IMG/VR virus record: IMGVR_UViG_3300022200_000019
Location: 62,001-126,000 of that record
Direction: 5' to 3' (one strand)
Length of the DNA: 64,000 nucleotides
Position 1 is the stretch's first letter, and every line of letters starts with the position of its first letter. The notes under the pieces are model-generated. The model was not told the DNA's origin. It saw only the letters and a program-made list of their open reading frames with translations, and did not search any database. Shown here one piece after another: positions 9,632-19,968 of this stretch. The translations under genes were made by a program, and so were the position numbers.

Positions 9632-10304
9632 AACATATATCTGCCGATATTGTGAACGCGAGTTTAAACGCGAAAGCAGTCTTGCAGTACATGTCTGCGA
9701 GCAAAAAAAGCGGTTTCAAGAAAAAAACGAGCGTGGCGTGCAAATTGGATATCAAGCATATCTAAAGTTTTTTGAATATACACAAGGCTCAGCAAAGCTA
9801 AAAACATTTGACGATTTTGCTAGTAGTCCATACTATCGAGCGTTTGTTAAATTTGGACGCTATTGTGTATCTATTGGCGCTATTGATGTACCAAAATTTA
9901 TTGAGTATGTAGTTAAAAACAATAAAAAACTAGATCACTGGGCAAAAGATAGTATCTATCAAGAATACCTAATGAATTTGTTAGTAACTGAACGTGCTGA
10001 TCGTGCGCTAGTGCGAGCAATGGAATATAGTATTGCTTGGGGCGAAGAAAACAATGCTAATCCACAAGATGTAATTCGTTTTAATAACCCAAACCGTGTG
10101 TGTCAACTTGTTACAAAAGGTACACTTAGTCCTTGGGTAATATATAATTCATCTAGTGGAATGGACTTCTTGGGTAAACTAAACGAAGAACAACAAAAAA
10201 TTATCTGGGAATACATTTATCCAGAAACCTGGGAACGTATTTTTAGCAAATATATTGCCGATCAAGAATATGTAAAAGAAATGTTACGGCAGGCGGGATG
10301 GTAA
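9600..10304 (+). CDS. Zinc-finger protein
   Basis: YICRYCEREFKRESSLAVHVC C2H2/C2HC finger at the N-terminus. Confidence 0.6.
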   Translation: MTTLSSTEQTETYICRYCEREFKRESSLAVHVCEQKKRFQEKNERGVQIGYQAYLKFFEYTQGSAKLKTFDDFASSPYYRAFVKFGRYCVSIGAIDVPKFIEYVVKNNKKLDHWAKDSIYQEYLMNLLVTERADRALVRAMEYSIAWGEENNANPQDVIRFNNPNRVCQLVTKGTLSPWVIYNSSSGMDFLGKLNEEQQKIIWEYIYPETWERIFSKYIADQEYVKEMLRQAGW

Positions 10305-11441
10305 GTGAAGATAAATGTAAATGTAGTATCCGCTGATATATCAGTGCAAATAATTGACGCCTTTTATGCATATATACAATCAGGGCTCAATGAGCGCATA
10401 GCAGATTGGGACATTGATATTACGAATACACATAATGATGCAGCAGACGTTAATATTATATGGGCCAACAAAGATACAACCGTTAATATTAATGCAAATT
10501 ATTACGACATCGTAGTTATATCAAACGCAGGAGAACCAGTTACTGTATCGTCGTCTCTTATTCATAATATCTGGCAAAACAACAATGTATTTTTGGTATT
10601 TAATAGCCTACTTACACAAGATCATTCTTTATACAATAAAGTAATACCTTTTCTCGATGCCGCTCAACAATGTCGAGATTACTGGACTAGATATTTCTAT
10701 CCCCATTATCATATAGCTAACAAACTTAAAAAAATTCAGCGCAGTAAAGATTTAATTGCTATTAATGGTTTAAATAGAACAGTTAGACACTATTTTTTTA
10801 AATTGCTCAATGAAAAAACTAATATAAAAATATTAAAAAATATTTCTACTGATATCGTTAACACCAATCATTCTTATTGGGAGACCAAGGAGGATTTTGA
10901 ATTTCGTAATTATTTAGAAGAACAATATTCCAATGTCTTTGAACCAGAACCGGATTACAAGTATTACGATAACGCTAAACATATAGGTATTAATAATAAG
11001 TTTGGCAAAATTAATCCTGGATATGAATTATTACCAGAATATTTTGAATATAGGTGTATAATTTTTCCAGAGTCTTCATGGCAAAATAACGAGCTAGCAT
11101 TGACCGAAAAAGCACTTAAATGTTTTTATGCAGGATCTCTGCCATTTCCTATTGCCGGGGCAAATGTTAATTCATTATATAATAGCTTAGGTTTTGCAAC
11201 GGCGTGGAATTTGTTGCCTAAATATTTGCAATGTTTTGATAGCGAACAAGACCATTTTAAACGGATCGAACAACAAATTAACGCTTTAAAATGGTTTGAA
11301 GATAACGCTATGGTATTTCAAACAGCACAATATACTGAACTAACTAGACAAAATATGATTAATATGCTAACATATTCGCCGATAGAGTTTGGCATTCAAA
11401 AATTAATTAGGATTATTGATGAGCGCAGACGTAGACATTGA
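10305..11441 (+). CDS. GT10 (fucosyltransferase)-like glycosyltransferase, paralog 1
   Basis: IFPES...LTEKALKCFYAGSLPFPIAG...GF, shared with the 17237 and 47305 ORFs. Confidence 0.45.
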   Translation: MKINVNVVSADISVQIIDAFYAYIQSGLNERIADWDIDITNTHNDAADVNIIWANKDTTVNINANYYDIVVISNAGEPVTVSSSLIHNIWQNNNVFLVFNSLLTQDHSLYNKVIPFLDAAQQCRDYWTRYFYPHYHIANKLKKIQRSKDLIAINGLNRTVRHYFFKLLNEKTNIKILKNISTDIVNTNHSYWETKEDFEFRNYLEEQYSNVFEPEPDYKYYDNAKHIGINNKFGKINPGYELLPEYFEYRCIIFPESSWQNNELALTEKALKCFYAGSLPFPIAGANVNSLYNSLGFATAWNLLPKYLQCFDSEQDHFKRIEQQINALKWFEDNAMVFQTAQYTELTRQNMINMLTYSPIEFGIQKLIRIIDERRRRH

Positions 11442-11970
11442 CTTTGGTAACAGAGATGAAGTACTTAAACTTATCAAGCATGTTCCTGCACGACAACAAG
11501 ACCGCAAGCACAACTCTGGTGTATATGTAACACCAATCCCAACTGATCCTGTACATAATTGCGCAAGTATTGATTATAAGAAGGCAGAAGAGTTAGGTTA
11601 TTTCAAAATTGATTTTCTTAATGTTCACGTTTACGAACACATTAAAGATCAAGCACATTATGATCAGTTATTGGGTACAGAACCACCTTGGCACAGATTA
11701 CACGAACGAGAATTTGTAGAAAAGATTATACACATTAATAATTATGCTAATGTGTTGAAGCAATTAGATGTAAACACCATTCCAAGACTGGCAATGTTCC
11801 TAGCGATGATTCGTCCGGGTAAGAAACATTTAATTGGTAAGCCTTGGGCAGAAGTAGCAGAAACTATTTGGGATAAAACAGATGAAGGCTACACGTTCAA
11901 AAAATCGCATGCGGTTAGCTATGCGCATCTTGTAGCCTTACATATGAATAGTATAAATGAGAAATTTTAA
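11419..11970 (+). CDS. Miniaturised DNA polymerase III alpha (DnaE)-like protein
   Basis: DVDIDF, HNSGV, GYFKIDFL, IRPG, GYTFKKSHAVSYA in DnaE order within 183 aa. Confidence 0.75.
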   Translation: MSADVDIDFGNRDEVLKLIKHVPARQQDRKHNSGVYVTPIPTDPVHNCASIDYKKAEELGYFKIDFLNVHVYEHIKDQAHYDQLLGTEPPWHRLHEREFVEKIIHINNYANVLKQLDVNTIPRLAMFLAMIRPGKKHLIGKPWAEVAETIWDKTDEGYTFKKSHAVSYAHLVALHMNSINEKF

Positions 11971-12751
11971 CACTATTATTTTATATTTTTTGCCTTATTC
12001 TGGAGGAAATTTCTTAGGTTCATGCTTGCTACTTGACAACGAATGCATGTTACATAATTCAACTTTAATTGAGCTCGATTATACTGGAAAATTAGAATAT
12101 TTAAATAATCAACTTGACTTGGCTCTAGAGTATAGGCATTGGAATGATTTTAATCTAGGAAATGGGCAGCTTGGTATAGATTTTGATAAGTTTCTTAATA
12201 GTAATTTACCAGGCGGATACGCAAAAAACATAGTGCCGGTGTATCCTAAAAAAACTTGCGCGAGTATTCATAATTATGTGGAGTTAATGGTGTGTAAAAC
12301 GTTATATCCACATAACCAAGTTTTATTGTTTACTAATGCGGAAAATATAATTACCTCTCGCAACAAAATATCTTACAAATATCAATATAATACTAAGCTG
12401 TATTCTTATTGGCAAACTATTCGTGATTCTCAATGGCCTGACACTCCTCCGCATACACTTGATGAGTTTGAATTGCTACCAGAGCGTATTCGTACGGAAT
12501 TAATTGAGTGTTTTAATTCCGAAATTTTAAGATATTTAAATTATACCAAAGAGTTTTTAACCGAATGGAACTCGCAACCAGCAGATTTTAAAATTGATGT
12601 TAATTATATGTATTCGTCATTTGAGAATTTTTTTAATGTTTACACAGATGTTTGCAAATACTTGAATCTAGAAATTGCCAACAAAGACGATTTATCACTA
12701 TTATTCAATAAGTGGAAAAAGACCATCACTCAACTCGCCGAACAAGCGTAA
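11957..12751 (+). CDS. Hypothetical protein, possibly sulfotransferase-like
   Basis: N-terminal YFLPYSGGNFL PAPS-loop-like motif; AT-rich. Confidence 0.35.
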   Translation: MRNFNTIILYFLPYSGGNFLGSCLLLDNECMLHNSTLIELDYTGKLEYLNNQLDLALEYRHWNDFNLGNGQLGIDFDKFLNSNLPGGYAKNIVPVYPKKTCASIHNYVELMVCKTLYPHNQVLLFTNAENIITSRNKISYKYQYNTKLYSYWQTIRDSQWPDTPPHTLDEFELLPERIRTELIECFNSEILRYLNYTKEFLTEWNSQPADFKIDVNYMYSSFENFFNVYTDVCKYLNLEIANKDDLSLLFNKWKKTITQLAEQA

Positions 12752-13103
12752 TTGATTTACGCTTTTTACGATTCTTTGTTAAATCTGACAGACTTGTAAC
12801 TTGTCCTGAAATAACTTCTAAGTTTTTATTATTGAAGGTTTTTAAGTAAGGTTTAAAAATTTCCCAGTCGCTTTTTAAGAAGATGTTAATAGGGATAGTG
12901 TGATTACTTTCCCACCACCAAATCTCACCTAGTTCTAAGAACATTCTTTTTAGTTCTTCTTCAAGTATACTACCAAAATCATACATGGTAGTAACACTAG
13001 CGTCTTGGTTTAGTATGATACCAACGTGCTCATTTTCTGCATACCGAACTATCGACAAGAACGGGTATCTGTCTGTGATTTTATCAAATAGCTCAGTATC
13101 CAT
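12726..13103 (-). CDS. Hypothetical phage protein
   Basis: Clean ORF with WWWESN motif, divergent from 13124. Confidence 0.6.
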   Translation of the reverse strand: MDTELFDKITDRYPFLSIVRYAENEHVGIILNQDASVTTMYDFGSILEEELKRMFLELGEIWWWESNHTIPINIFLKSDWEIFKPYLKTFNNKNLEVISGQVTSLSDLTKNRKKRKSITLVRRVE

Positions 13104-13123
13104 AAATAGTATATAAAGGCTCC

Positions 13124-13867
13124 GTGTTTATGTATTCAACTTTAGCATATTTATACCAACAAACCCAGGTGGTGTTGTTATTGGACAACACTGGGGCCTA
13201 TCATAATGTGAGGTGGAATCCTGTGTACAGCAAGAACCTAAAAGCCAGCAAAGGCGTTGATAACGTTATCCTGTTTAGATTTTTAAATCAGGATCAAAAG
13301 CCAGTAGACATTACAGGACTAACATTTACTTGTCGTGTAATGAGTAGAGATGGTACAGAACTACTATTTGCTAGAGATTTAGAAACAGTTAGTGCTACAC
13401 GAGGACAAGCAAAACTTACTATTGTTGAATCAGACTTAGACAATGTACAATCTCAACTAGCAAATTATTCTATCACAGTAGACCGTTCAACACTTACAGA
13501 ACCTGTGTATGTAGACGATAATGCTGGAGCACGTGGCGTACTTTACATCGCTGATAGTGCTATGCCAGAGTTTGTAGCAAGTTCAGAAATAACTCTACCA
13601 AGTTTTACAGCAGGACAAACAAATTACAGTTCTGAATGGCAACCGGAACAGTATTTACAAACAGTACAATACACAAACAGTTCGTTTGTAGGTACTGTAA
13701 CTGTACAGGGATCGCCTACCGGAACAGAATGGTATGACTTGACTTCTGCTACGTTTAGCAGCGCAGACTCAAACACAAAATACATTAATGTAGAAGGCTT
13801 ACACAGCTATATGCGTTTAAAAGTTGATAGTACTAGTGGTACTGTTGGCAGCGTATATGTAAGATAA
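13124..13867 (+). CDS. Probable virion structural protein (BppU-like N-terminal region)
   Basis: FRFLNQDQKPVDITGLTF motif; CATAAATA upstream; alternative ATG at 13130. Confidence 0.5.
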   Translation: MFMYSTLAYLYQQTQVVLLLDNTGAYHNVRWNPVYSKNLKASKGVDNVILFRFLNQDQKPVDITGLTFTCRVMSRDGTELLFARDLETVSATRGQAKLTIVESDLDNVQSQLANYSITVDRSTLTEPVYVDDNAGARGVLYIADSAMPEFVASSEITLPSFTAGQTNYSSEWQPEQYLQTVQYTNSSFVGTVTVQGSPTGTEWYDLTSATFSSADSNTKYINVEGLHSYMRLKVDSTSGTVGSVYVR

Positions 13868-13875
13868 ATATTGAT

Positions 13876-14226
13876 ATGGCGCAAATTACTACACAACTTT
13901 TAGTTTCACAACAAACGCATCCAGGCGATAGCTCTGTTCAAACCGTAACTGGTTCTGCTGTTAAAGGCAACGGGTACTATGGACAGACCGACGGGCGTCA
14001 TACTGCGCTATTTTCTGTAACAGGATTTACTGGAACCATTACTATTCAAGGCAGTTTAGTTACGAGCCCAGGTTCTACAGACTGGGCAGACATTACTGTG
14101 TTTTCAGACGGCACAACACAAGAAGCCGGTAATACAGCAGTTAACTTTACCGGTAACTTTGTATGGCTACGTGCTGTAGTTGAATATACAGACGGCACAG
14201 TAAATTCAGTTCGCATTAACTACTAA
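13876..14226 (+). CDS. Probable virion protein, similar to the C-terminal domain of the preceding ORF
   Basis: FTGTITIQGS...WADI...GNFVWLRA versus FVGTVTVQGS...WYDL...GLHSYMRL. Confidence 0.55.
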   Translation: MAQITTQLLVSQQTHPGDSSVQTVTGSAVKGNGYYGQTDGRHTALFSVTGFTGTITIQGSLVTSPGSTDWADITVFSDGTTQEAGNTAVNFTGNFVWLRAVVEYTDGTVNSVRINY

Positions 14227-14239
14227 AATAATTACATAC

Positions 14240-14887
14240 ATGATTCGCAATATTGCCGCGTTTGGCGACAGTTGGATTCATGGTGATGAAATTGTACACC
14301 CAGATCCTAATGCCACCGAAAAAGAAAAACGTTTATACCGAGAAGAAAACTGTACTGTAGGACAGTTAGGAAAACTTCTTGGCGTAACTGTTGAAAATTA
14401 TGGTGTGAGTGGAAATAGCCTACAAGGTACAGTTTGGGAATTTTATCATTGGCTTAATGATGAACATAGACACACAGATGCTTCTCCGCAAGAAACACTA
14501 GTAGTAATAGGTTTAACAGAAGCAAGCCGCAATAGTTGGTGGAATTCGAATAATTTTGTACACAATCATATAATGCACGATCGCCATCCTTGGAATTCGT
14601 TTGTAAAACATCATTATATGTATAACGAAGACGAAACTGTTGAATGTATGCGTTATTGGGAAACCACTGAATTCTTTTATAATTGGTGTAATACAAATGC
14701 GGTTAAATTGTTAATGGTTAATGTATTTCCGCCGCCGTATTTGTCCAATTTAGTCACGAATCCGAGTTGGAATATGCGAGGCGAGGTATCTGGCGATATG
14801 CTTGCTCCGGGCAAACACGCAAATGAATCTGGATCAACACATTTAGCTAAACACTTGCAAATGTATGCAAAATCCATTATAATATAA
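14240..14887 (+). CDS. SGNH/GDSL hydrolase-like protein
   Basis: AFGDSW, NYGVSGNS, C-terminal KHANESG. Confidence 0.6.
   Translation: MIRNIAAFGDSWIHGDEIVHPDPNATEKEKRLYREENCTVGQLGKLLGVTVENYGVSGNSLQGTVWEFYHWLNDEHRHTDASPQETLVVIGLTEASRNSWWNSNNFVHNHIMHDRHPWNSFVKHHYMYNEDETVECMRYWETTEFFYNWCNTNAVKLLMVNVFPPPYLSNLVTNPSWNMRGEVSGDMLAPGKHANESGSTHLAKHLQMYAKSIII
14855..14883 (+). promoter_or_regulatory. Sigma70-type promoter for primase-helicase (leaderless)
   Basis: TTGCAA-17-TATAAT, GTG start 6 nt downstream. Confidence 0.6.
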
Positions 14888-14889
14888 CG

Positions 14890-15855
14890 GTGTTAAATGT
14901 ACTATCTTACATCAACGGAAAACGAAAAACCAACAGTTCCGGCTGGACTAGTTTTGATGCTCCGTGTTGCGTGCATAATGGAGAAACTGCCGACCGCAAA
15001 CAGCGCGGTGGCTTCAAATTCTCAAGCGATACAGATTGGAGCTATCACTGTTTCAACTGTGGCTATACTGCTAGTTTTACTCTCGGGTATCCAGTAAGTC
15101 ACAAAGCACACCGACTATTATCATGGATGGGTGTTCCAGATATTGAAATACACCGTTTAACACTCGATAGTTTAAAACACAAAAACATTAAGCAATTAAT
15201 TCGTGAACGACAACAAGAAGAAATACGAATTAGCTTTCCAGAAGTTGAACTACCAAAAACCGCACGACTAATTGACGACAACGACACACCTCTTTTAGAA
15301 TATTTGCGTGATAGAAGTATCGATCCATGGGCATATCCGTACATGACAGATATAGAACAAACACGCCCGGGTATTCTTATACCGTATACATACGATAACA
15401 CAGTTGTCGGTTGGACTACGAGATTTTTAGATGATCGAAAACCAAAATATCTAAACAATTGCTCTGCCGCAGGCTATGTGTTTGGAACAGATTTACAACA
15501 CGACGATTGGCAGATTGCTATTGCTGTTGAAGGCCAGTTTGACGCATTAAGTATAGATGGTGTTGCAATTACAACAAACAGAATTAGCGATACACAAGCA
15601 GCCGTATTAAGACGACTTAATAGAGAAATTGTAGTTGTGCCAGATCAGGATCGTGCAGGATTAGAACTCGTAAACGACGCAGTTAAATATGGCTTTAGTG
15701 TTAGTATCCCAGACTGGGACGCAGATGTAAAGGATGTTAATGACGCAGTAAAGCGTTACGGCAAATTGGCCACATTAATAAGTATTATTGAGAACAAGAA
15801 TTCAAGCAAGATCAAAATTGAGCTAGCACGAAAAGCTCTCGAACGGAAATTATGA
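14890..15855 (+). CDS. DNA primase (T4 gp61/DnaG-like)
   Basis: Zinc ribbon PCC..H...YHCFNCG; TOPRIM VEGQFDA, PDQD, KDVND. Confidence 0.85.
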   Translation: MLNVLSYINGKRKTNSSGWTSFDAPCCVHNGETADRKQRGGFKFSSDTDWSYHCFNCGYTASFTLGYPVSHKAHRLLSWMGVPDIEIHRLTLDSLKHKNIKQLIRERQQEEIRISFPEVELPKTARLIDDNDTPLLEYLRDRSIDPWAYPYMTDIEQTRPGILIPYTYDNTVVGWTTRFLDDRKPKYLNNCSAAGYVFGTDLQHDDWQIAIAVEGQFDALSIDGVAITTNRISDTQAAVLRRLNREIVVVPDQDRAGLELVNDAVKYGFSVSIPDWDADVKDVNDAVKRYGKLATLISIIENKNSSKIKIELARKALERKL

Positions 15856-17240
15856 AAGAATACACAGTAGACATACAAAAATTATTTCTAGAAATGATGC
15901 TGGCAGATGCACAAAGTTATGTGCGTGTGCAGAACATCTATAACGTAGATAACTTTGACCCAGGTTTACGTGAAGCAGCAACATTCATTAAAGAGCATAG
16001 TGACAAATACAAGACTATGCCAGAACTGGAACAACTTAATGCTGCGGTAGGAGCAAAACTAAAACCAATTCCGCCTGAAATGAAGGATGGACACTATGAT
16101 TGGTTTATGGACGAGTTTGAAAAGTTTACCAAGCGTCAAGAACTTGAGCGTGCTATTCTTAAAAGCGCAGATATGCTTGAAAAAGGTAACTTTGATCCAG
16201 TTGAAAAACTAATCAAAGACGCAGTACAGATTTCCTTACACAAAGACATGGGCACAGATTACTTTGATGATCCACGCACACGTCTAATGAATATTAAGTC
16301 CAATAATGGACAGGTTAGTACAGGCTGGCTTAACTTAGATCGTGCATTATATGGTGGATTTAACAGAGGTGAACTACAGATTTTTGCAGGTGGTTCGGGT
16401 TCGGGTAAATCCTTGTTTATGCAGAATTTAAGTGTAAACTGGGTAACTGCTGGACTCAATGGTGTGTATATTTCGCTAGAACTTTCTGAAGATTTATGCT
16501 CAATGCGTATTGACTCGATGATGACAAATACATCTAGCAAAGAAGTGTTTAAGGACATCGACAACGTCGAAATGAAAGTTAAGATGATGCAGAAGAAATC
16601 CGGTAAATTCCGTATTAAGTATATGCCAGCACAGAGTACAGTAAATGACATTCGCAGTTATATTAAAGAATTACAAATTCAAACTGGTGTTACTGTAGAC
16701 TTTTTGTGTATTGACTACCTGGACTTGTTAATGCCGGTAAGTGCTAAAGTTAGCCCAAGTGACTTGTTCGTTAAGGACAAGTATGTATCAGAAGAAATTC
16801 GTAACTTAGCAAAAGAATTAAATGTTATTATGGTAACTGCATCGCAGCTTAACCGATCTGCGGTAGAAGAAATCGAGTTCGATCACTCACACATTTCAGG
16901 TGGTATTTCAAAGATTAACACAGCAGACAACGTGTTTGGCATTTTTACAAGTAGAGCAATGCGTGAACGTGGACGCTATCAAATACAGTTAATGAAAACA
17001 CGTTCAAGTTCAGGAGTAGGCTCAAAGGTAGACTTGGAGTTTGATATTAATACGTTACGTATTTCAGATTGCGAACAATCTGAAGACAGCGCCATTCCGG
17101 GCACTGGCGGATTTAGTATGAGTAATATTAAGCCTGTTAGCAAAATGTCTAACACAGACGAAACACCTAAAGTGCAAGGCAATGTTGAAAGCGCAATGCT
17201 TAACAACTTGCTAAACAAGATGAAGAGCACTGGACAATGA
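15852..17240 (+). CDS. Replicative DnaB-like helicase (T4 gp41-like)
   Basis: GGSGSGKS, SLELSE, IDYLDL, TASQLNR, KTR. Confidence 0.9.
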   Translation: MKEYTVDIQKLFLEMMLADAQSYVRVQNIYNVDNFDPGLREAATFIKEHSDKYKTMPELEQLNAAVGAKLKPIPPEMKDGHYDWFMDEFEKFTKRQELERAILKSADMLEKGNFDPVEKLIKDAVQISLHKDMGTDYFDDPRTRLMNIKSNNGQVSTGWLNLDRALYGGFNRGELQIFAGGSGSGKSLFMQNLSVNWVTAGLNGVYISLELSEDLCSMRIDSMMTNTSSKEVFKDIDNVEMKVKMMQKKSGKFRIKYMPAQSTVNDIRSYIKELQIQTGVTVDFLCIDYLDLLMPVSAKVSPSDLFVKDKYVSEEIRNLAKELNVIMVTASQLNRSAVEEIEFDHSHISGGISKINTADNVFGIFTSRAMRERGRYQIQLMKTRSSSGVGSKVDLEFDINTLRISDCEQSEDSAIPGTGGFSMSNIKPVSKMSNTDETPKVQGNVESAMLNNLLNKMKSTGQ

Positions 17241-18286
17241 AAGTATTTGTATCTTTTTCACAAAGGAATTTATTATATGAATCGATTAGTAAAACTCAAG
17301 TTACCTCTAGAGAGCTAACGGGAAATATATTACATGTATGGGATGTTATTGACGATGCCACCATTGACAATATCTTTCAAGAATTTGGAACCCCAAAGTA
17401 TATATTCGTCGACAGCATGAGCCAATATAATTCGTCTTTGGATGTTGATGTTTATTCAGTTGATGCTTGGTTGGAAGCTGAGATTTTAAATTGGGAAAGA
17501 AATAAATTAGTAGTCGAAACAAGCCCCGTTGTAACCACGCATATTGCCAATTTCCAAATTAACAAAAAACAAATTAATAGATTTTTAGCAATAAAGTTGT
17601 GTGAAATTTTTAGTATCGATGTTAATTATACCTGGAGCGCAGTTGATAAAACATTTGATTTACAACACATTGTTCAAGAAAATCAAAACTTAAATGATAA
17701 TAATATTAACAAATACTGGGGGCAACTTCTATCTCCGATATCAAAATTCGAAAGAAAATGGGTAAACGTACATACCGATCACGATTTTTCTTCTTCAAGT
17801 GTAGAAGATTATGGTGGAAATTTAGAGGTATGGAATGCAGGTTTGAACGACATCATGTCAAGCACGGCGGTATCAATAATAACAGAAAGTGTTTGGACTC
17901 AAAAATGCGCTACCTTTACCGAAAAAACAGCGTTTTCGGTATTTGCACTTACATTTCCAATTTGGGTTGGGGGATACAATATGGCCACAGAATGGAAAAA
18001 GAAAGGATTTGATACATTTGATGACATTATTGATCATAGCTACGAAAGCATGCCAACTTTACTAGAGCGTTGCTTTTATGCGATTTATCTTAATCTAGAA
18101 ATACTAACGAATATTGAATTAACAAGTGCGCTAAGAAATAAACATATGGACCGATTAATTAAAAATCGAGATATGTTAACGTCAGAAAATTTAAAAAATT
18201 ATAATAGAAAGGTTATTAGTACTTGGCCAGAAGAACTTCAGCAGCCAGCATTAGAGTCGTTACACCGTTATTTAGAATTAAAATAA
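17237..18286 (+). CDS. GT10-like glycosyltransferase, paralog 2
   Basis: SIITES...FTEKT...FPIWVGG...GFDTFDDIIDHSYE. Confidence 0.45.
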   Translation: MKVFVSFSQRNLLYESISKTQVTSRELTGNILHVWDVIDDATIDNIFQEFGTPKYIFVDSMSQYNSSLDVDVYSVDAWLEAEILNWERNKLVVETSPVVTTHIANFQINKKQINRFLAIKLCEIFSIDVNYTWSAVDKTFDLQHIVQENQNLNDNNINKYWGQLLSPISKFERKWVNVHTDHDFSSSSVEDYGGNLEVWNAGLNDIMSSTAVSIITESVWTQKCATFTEKTAFSVFALTFPIWVGGYNMATEWKKKGFDTFDDIIDHSYESMPTLLERCFYAIYLNLEILTNIELTSALRNKHMDRLIKNRDMLTSENLKNYNRKVISTWPEELQQPALESLHRYLELK

Positions 18287-18310
18287 ATACGTTATAGAAA
18301 GAGATCCGCG

Positions 18311-18559
18311 ATGCAAAAACGCACACGAAGCATTCTTGAAGAATTAGAAAGTTTATATGTAGAGCGCGACCGCTCCCATTTGGTTGAAAGTCGTGCTAAT
18401 AATGTAATTTCTAGTGCTATTAGGCTAATGGAATTTATTGACTCTAATTATTCTGAAGAAGATGCTGAAGTATTAAACCGTAAACTATTAAATGCTATTC
18501 GGTCGCGGGATCCAAGAAAATTTGAACGGAGCCTTAAACGTACCGATGAAGATCAATGA
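18311..18559 (+). CDS. Hypothetical late protein
   Basis: ATAAATA upstream; helical ORF. Confidence 0.6.
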   Translation: MQKRTRSILEELESLYVERDRSHLVESRANNVISSAIRLMEFIDSNYSEEDAEVLNRKLLNAIRSRDPRKFERSLKRTDEDQ

Positions 18560-19499
18560 TATAGTTTCAAAATCAATAATTAATGAGCAATTTTATGGCT
18601 GGGGTGATATTGCTACGGCTGCTCGTTCATTTTTGCAAAATGTTGGCCAGGCAGGGATGACCCCCGCAGAGTTAAAAAGACGAATTACACAGGATCGTGG
18701 TGTTGGGCTGGCTGCCGACGGATTGCTGAATTGGTGGAAAGGTGTTGTGTACAGTCTCAAGCAAGCATATGGTGGAAAAAATCCTGTGCGCGATCGCGGC
18801 CATCTGGAAGAAATATTGGACAAAAAAGTCTATAATTCACCTGCCGAGGGAGGTATCGGGGCCAGCAGATCCAATGACAGAGTTAACACAGCATTCAAAC
18901 ACATTCTGGATTCTGGTGAACGACTGAGCAGTGGCTCAGTCAAGCAAGCATTTGTGACCATTGTGACCAACGCTATTGCAGTTAACATCAGTCCTGAAAT
19001 TGGTGTTTCCACCAAACCCACTAAACAGGATAAACAACAAGCAAAACTTGCTGATCATGAATATGGTGGACCAATTGAATCAACTACTCTGAAACCCGGG
19101 GACATTGTTAAAATCAAAAAGTTCAGAACTATGGACGACAACCGTAATCCAATCTTAATGATTAAGTATCAAAATCGATGGTACAAAGATGCTTCACCTG
19201 ACGACACCCCAGAAAATTTCGTAATTCTGCAGTCGGCACTTGGATCTGCAACATATCAGAATTATATCGAATCTTCATTTAACGAAGCATACAAACAGCA
19301 GCAAGCAGGCAGACTGAAACCAGCAATTGCGTTCAAAACAGGGCTAATATATACTGATAATCCTGGTACAGGATATATCATTCAAACCCCCACGCAGCAT
19401 CAGATCTGGCTGAAATCTCAGAAAGCAGACAGTGCTACAGACCCACAACCAGCACAAGCCGCTGGTGATCCTGATGATGCAGCAGGTACAGAAGTTTGA
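18546..19499 (+). CDS. Hypothetical protein, possibly head-packaged
   Basis: ATG 18546 gives MKINDIVSKSIINE, a propeptide-like N-terminus. Confidence 0.5.
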   Translation: MKINDIVSKSIINEQFYGWGDIATAARSFLQNVGQAGMTPAELKRRITQDRGVGLAADGLLNWWKGVVYSLKQAYGGKNPVRDRGHLEEILDKKVYNSPAEGGIGASRSNDRVNTAFKHILDSGERLSSGSVKQAFVTIVTNAIAVNISPEIGVSTKPTKQDKQQAKLADHEYGGPIESTTLKPGDIVKIKKFRTMDDNRNPILMIKYQNRWYKDASPDDTPENFVILQSALGSATYQNYIESSFNEAYKQQQAGRLKPAIAFKTGLIYTDNPGTGYIIQTPTQHQIWLKSQKADSATDPQPAQAAGDPDDAAGTEV

Positions 19500-19526
19500 T
19501 CATGCGCACGGTTTTTTTTAATTTTT

Positions 19527-19534
19527 TATAAATA
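19527..19534 (+). promoter_or_regulatory. T4-type late promoter
   Basis: TATAAATA upstream of an AGGAG RBS. Confidence 0.75.
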
Positions 19535-19565
19535 ATAGTAACAAAACAAATTAGGAGAATTTAAA

Positions 19566-19901
19566 ATGGCTTATTATACATCAACAGCTAAAACCCACCT
19601 AAGCAACGGCCTAGGTTCAAAGACTCGCATCGTTAGTGCTACTATCGGTGGCGGTATTTCTGAAGCAGCTCTAAAAGAACTGCTAGAACTAATGTCTGCT
19701 GGTGGTACTGCTGGTACTGACGATGCAGTAACTATCGCTGGTGTTGGTACTGCTACAGGTGCTGCATTTGACGCTGGTACAACTACTGTTGTTTACCTAG
19801 CCGTACAAGGTTCAGGTACACTAACTCCAGGTTCTAGCTACCGTGGTACTTCTTTCACAACTGCTCTAGTTTGTGACTTTGATGATCACCTAGCACCATA
19901 A
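19566..19901 (+). CDS. Probable abundant virion protein (decoration-type)
   Basis: Own late promoter, strong RBS, biased codons, Gly/Ala/Thr-rich, own terminator. Confidence 0.55.
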   Translation: MAYYTSTAKTHLSNGLGSKTRIVSATIGGGISEAALKELLELMSAGGTAGTDDAVTIAGVGTATGAAFDAGTTTVVYLAVQGSGTLTPGSSYRGTSFTTALVCDFDDHLAP

Positions 19902-19921
19902 GTTAATTATTAACTTATACG

Positions 19922-19950
19922 AAAAGCCCAGTTTCGCACTGGGCTTTTTT
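19922..19950 (+). terminator. Rho-independent terminator
   Basis: aaaagcccagt-ttcgc-actgggctttttt. Confidence 0.85.
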
Positions 19951-19968
19951 ATGACTGTTAAATACGCT

